Below are positions 59,601 to 64,000 of a stretch of DNA of 64,000 bases, piece after piece. The notes under the pieces were generated by a model. That model searched no databases, had not been told where the DNA came from, and was given only the letters and a program-made list of their open reading frames with translations. How positions within the stretch are numbered: the first letter of the stretch is position 1; every line of letters starts with the position of its first letter. Origin of the DNA: Candidatus Obscuribacteraceae bacterium. GTDB taxonomy: Bacteria; Cyanobacteriota; Vampirovibrionia; Obscuribacterales; Obscuribacteraceae. A program made the position numbers and the translations under genes. Where the stretch lies: the NCBI GenBank assembly GCA_044226015.1, contig JBGAHS010000003.1, positions 640,001 through 704,000 of the forward strand, given 5' to 3'.

Positions 59601-59693
59601 TGACGCTCAGGGTGGCAGCCTGGCAATGCCAAACTGCCACCCCTTGCGTTTTAGTCAGAACTCAGCGAGTCGAGTCCAGCCGGCGAAGAAGGG

Positions 59694-60419
59694 TTACTTC
59701 TTCTCGCCTTCCTTCTTCAGCTCGTCGAGCGCGTCCTGGCCGTCCTTCTTCTTCTTCTCGTCTTCGAGGCGGTCCTTGGCGCTGTCCTTGTCCATGTCGC
59801 GCTTGGCGCGCTCCTTCTCCAGCTCTTCGTCGATCTGCTTCTCGGCATCGTTGAAGCCGCCCATGCCGTCCTGGATCTCCTTGAGCTGGTCGCGGACCTG
59901 GTTCTCGATGCGCAGGGCCTCGGTCAGTTCGACCTTGCCTTCGTTCGTCTGGATCTGGTCGGCGGCCTGCTGCAGCAGCTGGGCGGTGGCGACGAGAGCC
60001 TTGCGGGCTTCGTCGGCCGACGCGTTGAACTCGGCGACGGTCTTCTTGTAGTTCTCGACCTTCGCGGCCGCGGCCTTCCAGTCGCGGGCGAGCGACTGCT
60101 GGTCAGCCTCGCTCATGTTCAGGCGGACGGCGTCGAGCGCGCGCTGCTTGGCGGCGTCGGACTCCTCCTGCAGCTTGTCGAAGCGCTTCTTCGCCACGAC
60201 CGACTTGGCGATCGAGCTGGCGACGTTGTCGCGCTGCTTCTTCGAGAGGACCACCAGCTCCTGGTAGCGCTTCTTCTGCTTCTCGAGCGGCGTGGTGGCG
60301 CCGTTGATGAGCTTGTTGTACCAGATGCTGATCGCGTCGCGCGTCGGCTTGTGGAAGATGGCCACGCCAACGGCGAGAGCAGCGGCGCCAGCGATGATGA
60401 GGTTCGTGTCGATAACCAT
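59694..60419 (-). CDS. PspA/IM30-like protein, copy 2 (most divergent)
   Basis: 241 aa from MVIDTN after AAGGAG; colinear with copies 1 and 3. Confidence 0.8.
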   Translation of the reverse strand: MVIDTNLIIAGAAALAVGVAIFHKPTRDAISIWYNKLINGATTPLEKQKKRYQELVVLSKKQRDNVASSIAKSVVAKKRFDKLQEESDAAKQRALDAVRLNMSEADQQSLARDWKAAAAKVENYKKTVAEFNASADEARKALVATAQLLQQAADQIQTNEGKVELTEALRIENQVRDQLKEIQDGMGGFNDAEKQIDEELEKERAKRDMDKDSAKDRLEDEKKKKDGQDALDELKKEGEKK

Positions 60420-60431
60420 AGTCAAATTCTC

Positions 60432-60656
60432 CTTAGTGCAGCGTTGTAGCTGCGGTTTGGTGCTGTCCATTGTTTGCGAAAGCGCGTGGACAGCGAGGCG
60501 CGCTGTGAACAGAAACGACATTGCATCCGGTCTTGCATCCTTTGCCGAAGCAGCGGAAACCAGTCCAGAAGCACATGACACTACAGACAGTGGCGACCAT
60601 CTGCAGTAGGAGTTGCTAGCACCCGTTATGGATTGCTAACAACCACTGCCGCAGAC
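60432..60656 (-). promoter_or_regulatory. Conserved structured leader upstream of PspA-like copy 2
   Basis: Same stems as 59420..59600. Confidence 0.5.
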
Positions 60657-60706
60657 GAGACGGCAGCCCAGATAAATCTGAGCTACCGCCCGCCTTCAGA
60701 ACGACT

Positions 60707-61054
60707 TCAGTTCTTGACGAACAGGCGTCCGACCATCGCCGCGATGAACAGGCTCATGCTGGCACCGTAAGTGCCCTGCAGGATGAACATCGGAATGGTG
60801 GCGCCGGCGTACCAGAGACCGCCAAGAACAGCAGCAACGAGCAGCGCCGGAACCAGCCGCTTCAGAGCCTCGCTGCCGGACGGACCAGCGTAGAGGTAGA
60901 GCGAAAAGTAGGCGCTGACCAGCAGTCCAACAGCCGCACCAGCCGCACCGCTGACGTAGTCAACGGTCGGACCAAGGCTGAAGAGAAAGCCAGTGATGAC
61001 GCCCGACACCATCCACGTGGTGGCAATCGGGTTATTCTTGATCCACTGAATCAT
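60707..61054 (-). CDS. Small 4-TM membrane protein between PspA-like copies
   Basis: AAAGGA RBS; four hydrophobic segments. Confidence 0.8.
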   Translation of the reverse strand: MIQWIKNNPIATTWMVSGVITGFLFSLGPTVDYVSGAAGAAVGLLVSAYFSLYLYAGPSGSEALKRLVPALLVAAVLGGLWYAGATIPMFILQGTYGASMSLFIAAMVGRLFVKN

Positions 61055-61173
61055 GGATAAGCAGTCCTTTCTTTGCTTTGAGATTTGTTGTTCAACGAAA
61101 ACACCCGAGAGTGCGATGATTGCTCACCAACACTCCCGGGTGTGACGTCAGTTCAGGCGCCGGCGAAGAAGGG

Positions 61174-61899
61174 TTACTTCTTCTCCGACTCCTTCTTCAG
61201 CTCGTCGAGCGCGTCCTGACCTTCCTTCTTCTTCTTCTCTTCCTCGAGGCGGTCCTTGGCGCTGTCCTTGTCCATGTCGCGCTTGGCGCGCTCCTTCTCC
61301 AGCTCTTCGTCGATCTGCTTGTCGGCGTCGGCGAAGCCGCCCATGCCGTCCTGGATCTCCTTCAGCTGGTCGCGGACCTCGTTCTCGATGCGCAGCGCCG
61401 CCGTCAGCTCGACCTTGCCCTCGTTCGTCTGGATCTGGTCGGCAGCCTTGGACAGCAGCTCAGCCGTCGAAGCCAGCGCCTTGCGCGACTCCTCGGCCGA
61501 CGCGTTGAACTCGGCGACGGTCTTCTTGTAGTTCTCGACCTTCGCGGCCGCGGCCTTCCAGTCGCGGGCGAGCGACTGCTGGTCGGCCTCGCTCATGTTC
61601 ATCTTGACGGCATCGAGCGCGCGCTGCTTGGCGGCGTCGGACTCCTCCTGCAGCTTGTCGAGGTGCTTCTTCGCTCCGACCGACTTGGCGATGGACGACG
61701 CGACCGAGTCACGCTGCTTCTTCGAGAGCGCCACGAGCTGCGCGTACTGCTGCTTCTGCTTCTCGAGCGGCGTGGTCGAGCCCTTCACGAGCTTGTTCCA
61801 CCAGATGCTGATCGCATCGCGGGTCGGCTTGTGGAAGACGGCGACGCCCACGGCGAGGGCAGCAGCACCAGCGATGATGAGGTTGATGTCGATGGTCAT
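61174..61899 (-). CDS. PspA/IM30-like protein, copy 3
   Basis: 241 aa; nearly identical to copy 1. Confidence 0.8.
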   Translation of the reverse strand: MTIDINLIIAGAAALAVGVAVFHKPTRDAISIWWNKLVKGSTTPLEKQKQQYAQLVALSKKQRDSVASSIAKSVGAKKHLDKLQEESDAAKQRALDAVKMNMSEADQQSLARDWKAAAAKVENYKKTVAEFNASAEESRKALASTAELLSKAADQIQTNEGKVELTAALRIENEVRDQLKEIQDGMGGFADADKQIDEELEKERAKRDMDKDSAKDRLEEEKKKKEGQDALDELKKESEKK

Positions 61900-62082
61900 A
61901 GTGATTTCTCCAGTTTGTGCAGCGTTCTAAGCTGCGGATTGTGAATGGGTTGAGAAACTCTCGCGTCTTCTTCACAGAAGTCGCGAATGCAATTCATTAG
62001 AGGAAGGGAAATGCCGTGCGTGTTTCTCAGATGAGTGCGAACACTCACCCGATAGCACGCACGGCATGACTGCGACTTCTAC

Positions 62083-63999
62083 TTAGTAGTTGTCGCCACC
62101 CGACGGGGTACCGCCGACGTTGCCACCACCCGAAGGAGTGCCACCGCCCCAGTTGCCGCCGCCAGAGTTGTTGTTGTCGTCACGGCGACGACGGTCTTCT
62201 TCTTCGCGACGCCGGCGATCTTCCTCTTCGCGACGACGACGCTCTTCCGCTTCACGCCGACGATTCTCCTCGTCGATGCGGCGCTGTTCCTCCTGCCACT
62301 CGCGGATCTGCTCCTGAATGGCAGCAGCGAGCTGAGCGTCAGCCCAGCGTTCGGCGCTGTCTGCAGCCGAGTCAGCGCGACGGATGCTGTTGCGAGCACC
62401 TTCGTAGTCACGGCTGCGAATCTCGGCGCTAGCCTGACCGAGATAACGCTGCGCTTCGCTGAGGTCCAGCGTGATCGGAATGACGATCACACGGGAGCGG
62501 CCGCCCCACGTAGCGGTCTGCGTCCAGGAGCGAATCTTGAGCGCGGTGATGCGCGATTCGACCTGGGACAGCTCACTGCGCGCCGTGTTGGCGAGCGACT
62601 TGTCGGCTTCGGCCAGACGCTTCGCTTCGTCAGCCACCGTCTTCTTCGATTCCGCCTGGCGCGACAGAGCCTGCCAGTCAGACTTGGCCACACGGTAGCT
62701 CGCCTCCAGTTCCGCGAGGACCTGGTTGGCGTCGGTCAGCTTCTGACGCGCCGGAGTGCGCACGTCAGGGTGGTCGACGGACTGAGACGCCGAGGAGATG
62801 GCGCTCTTCACAGCCGCGATGCGCTCACCAGCAAGCTGGTAGTCGCGCTTCTCGCTGTCGATGCTGCCATCGACCTTCTTCAGGTCTGCGAACAGCTTGT
62901 CGGCAGCTTCGGCAGCAGCCGGCCAGTCGGTGATGTCCTTGGCGACATCGCTCTTCTGGTTGCGGAGCACCGGCAGCAGCGCAGCGTAGGCGCCGTCCGT
63001 CTGCTTGGAGGTGGTGAACGAATTGGCTTCCAGCTTCGACTTCAGCGAGGTGCTGAACTGGTCGCTATTGGCCACGGTCGACTTCGCGTGCGACCGCAGG
63101 TTACGCAGTTGCTTCAGCCGAGTGGAGATCTCGACCAGGGCGTTGCGGCTGCCCTGCACGTCCGAACCAGCGTTCTCCATGAGCTTGCGAGCCGCGACGT
63201 AGCGCTGCTCGAAGTACGCCGCACGCACCTTGGCCAGCTCAGCAGCAGTCGCCTCGCTCACCTTGGTCGCACGAACGAGCTTCTCCGGCTCACCCTGGAA
63301 GTTCTTCGCCAGGAAGTCCGCCTTGAGGGCATCGACATCCTTGCCGGACGCCGGAAGTTCAGCAGTCAGCTTGCCCAGGTTGTCCCGGACAGCCGGCACC
63401 GACTTCTCGACAGCAGCCTTGGCAGCGATAACGGTATCGACAGTCGCGACCGCCGCAGCCGAAGCCTTGGACGACGCCGCCTTCTCCGCTTCCGCCTTCA
63501 CCAGGTCACCAGCGAGCAACGCCTTGTGAGCGTCATCGAGGTGCTGCTGCGACTCGTCGAGCTGCGAGTCCGGATTGGCGCCCGCTTCGTTCAGCAGGAA
63601 CTTCTCCGCGACGCCCGCCGGAACTTCGCCCTGTTCCGGGTAGTTGTAGCCGGCCTTCTGAGCCCGCACTTCAGAGACACGCTTGCGCGCGTTCTTCAGC
63701 TCGGTCTCGGTGCCGCCCAACTGGTCCTTCAGCTTCAGGGCATGCTCGATGTCACCCTTCAGCGCTTCGGCTTCCTTCTCGACGGTCTCGGAGTCCGAGA
63801 ACGCCGCCAGCGGGTCGCTCTGGAGGATATCCAGGAACGCCTTCTGGTCCGCCTTGATCTTCTGATAGCGCGGCTCGTAGGGCGAGAAGTCGAGCCCCTT
63901 CTCCTTGATGCTGGCGCGCAGGTCGTCGACCGCCTTGGTGATGGCTTCGATTTCCTGACGGTTCGTCTCCGCTCCGCGGAAGCTCTTGCGGATGGAGCC
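62083..63999 (-). CDS. Large coiled-coil protein with an E/R-rich helix and Gly-rich tail (5' end outside the window)
   Basis: Frame stays open to the window end (over 638 aa); EEEDRRRR repeats; ends GGGNWGGGTPSGGGNVGGTPSGGDNY. Confidence 0.88.
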   Translation of the reverse strand, partial: GSIRKSFRGAETNRQEIEAITKAVDDLRASIKEKGLDFSPYEPRYQKIKADQKAFLDILQSDPLAAFSDSETVEKEAEALKGDIEHALKLKDQLGGTETELKNARKRVSEVRAQKAGYNYPEQGEVPAGVAEKFLLNEAGANPDSQLDESQQHLDDAHKALLAGDLVKAEAEKAASSKASAAAVATVDTVIAAKAAVEKSVPAVRDNLGKLTAELPASGKDVDALKADFLAKNFQGEPEKLVRATKVSEATAAELAKVRAAYFEQRYVAARKLMENAGSDVQGSRNALVEISTRLKQLRNLRSHAKSTVANSDQFSTSLKSKLEANSFTTSKQTDGAYAALLPVLRNQKSDVAKDITDWPAAAEAADKLFADLKKVDGSIDSEKRDYQLAGERIAAVKSAISSASQSVDHPDVRTPARQKLTDANQVLAELEASYRVAKSDWQALSRQAESKKTVADEAKRLAEADKSLANTARSELSQVESRITALKIRSWTQTATWGGRSRVIVIPITLDLSEAQRYLGQASAEIRSRDYEGARNSIRRADSAADSAERWADAQLAAAIQEQIREWQEEQRRIDEENRRREAEERRRREEEDRRRREEEDRRRRDDNNNSGGGNWGGGTPSGGGNVGGTPSGGDNY

Positions 64000-64000
64000 G

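Noticed and set aside
992..61944. Long antisense ORFs such as 992..2143, 9317..11083, 15470..17692, 27652..29259, 30334..32109, 40247..41362, 44170..46389 and 61120..61944
   Set aside because: They are mirror frames of motif-bearing genes on the opposite strand, expected from strong GC3 bias, and have no motifs of their own
62180..62300. Short DNA repeats near the end of the large coiled-coil gene
   Set aside because: They are explained by the encoded EEEDRRRR low-complexity helix and are not an independent element

Overview
This is a bacterial chromosomal window of about 60 genes. I saw no rRNA, tRNA, CRISPR array, integrase or transposase. GC-rich, strongly codon-biased gene blocks alternate with AT-richer genes. 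The gene style (Hanks kinase with a TM helix, TPR-matrixin, serpin) is reminiscent of Melainabacteria/Obscuribacterales, which is an inference only. Main blocks: (1) a serpin; (2) a ~15 kb co-oriented minus-strand lipid cluster (3.0-17.9 kb) with acyl-CoA dehydrogenase, a stand-alone FadJ-type enoyl-CoA hydratase, acyl-CoA ligase, patatin, three PlsC-like acyltransferases and DUF502, plus an array of nine small membrane proteins built from two alternating paralogous families; (3) Ser/Thr kinase, MtnC-like HAD, GIN-domain protein, and an MBOAT gene followed by an apparently truncated partner; (4) a prkA-prkA-yeaH-spoVR operon with two extra downstream genes; (5) ferritin-like protein, cysteine synthase-like enzyme, an orphan ClpX without its zinc domain, sugar porter, SGNH hydrolase, phospholipase D, two paralogous Cys-rich proteins and a NupC transporter; (6) three tandem 27-codon membrane-peptide genes; (7) three tandem membrane-anchored PspA/IM30-like paralogs with conserved structured leaders, downstream of a large coiled-coil protein with a Gly-rich tail. 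Family calls come from motif recognition by eye. No searches were run.
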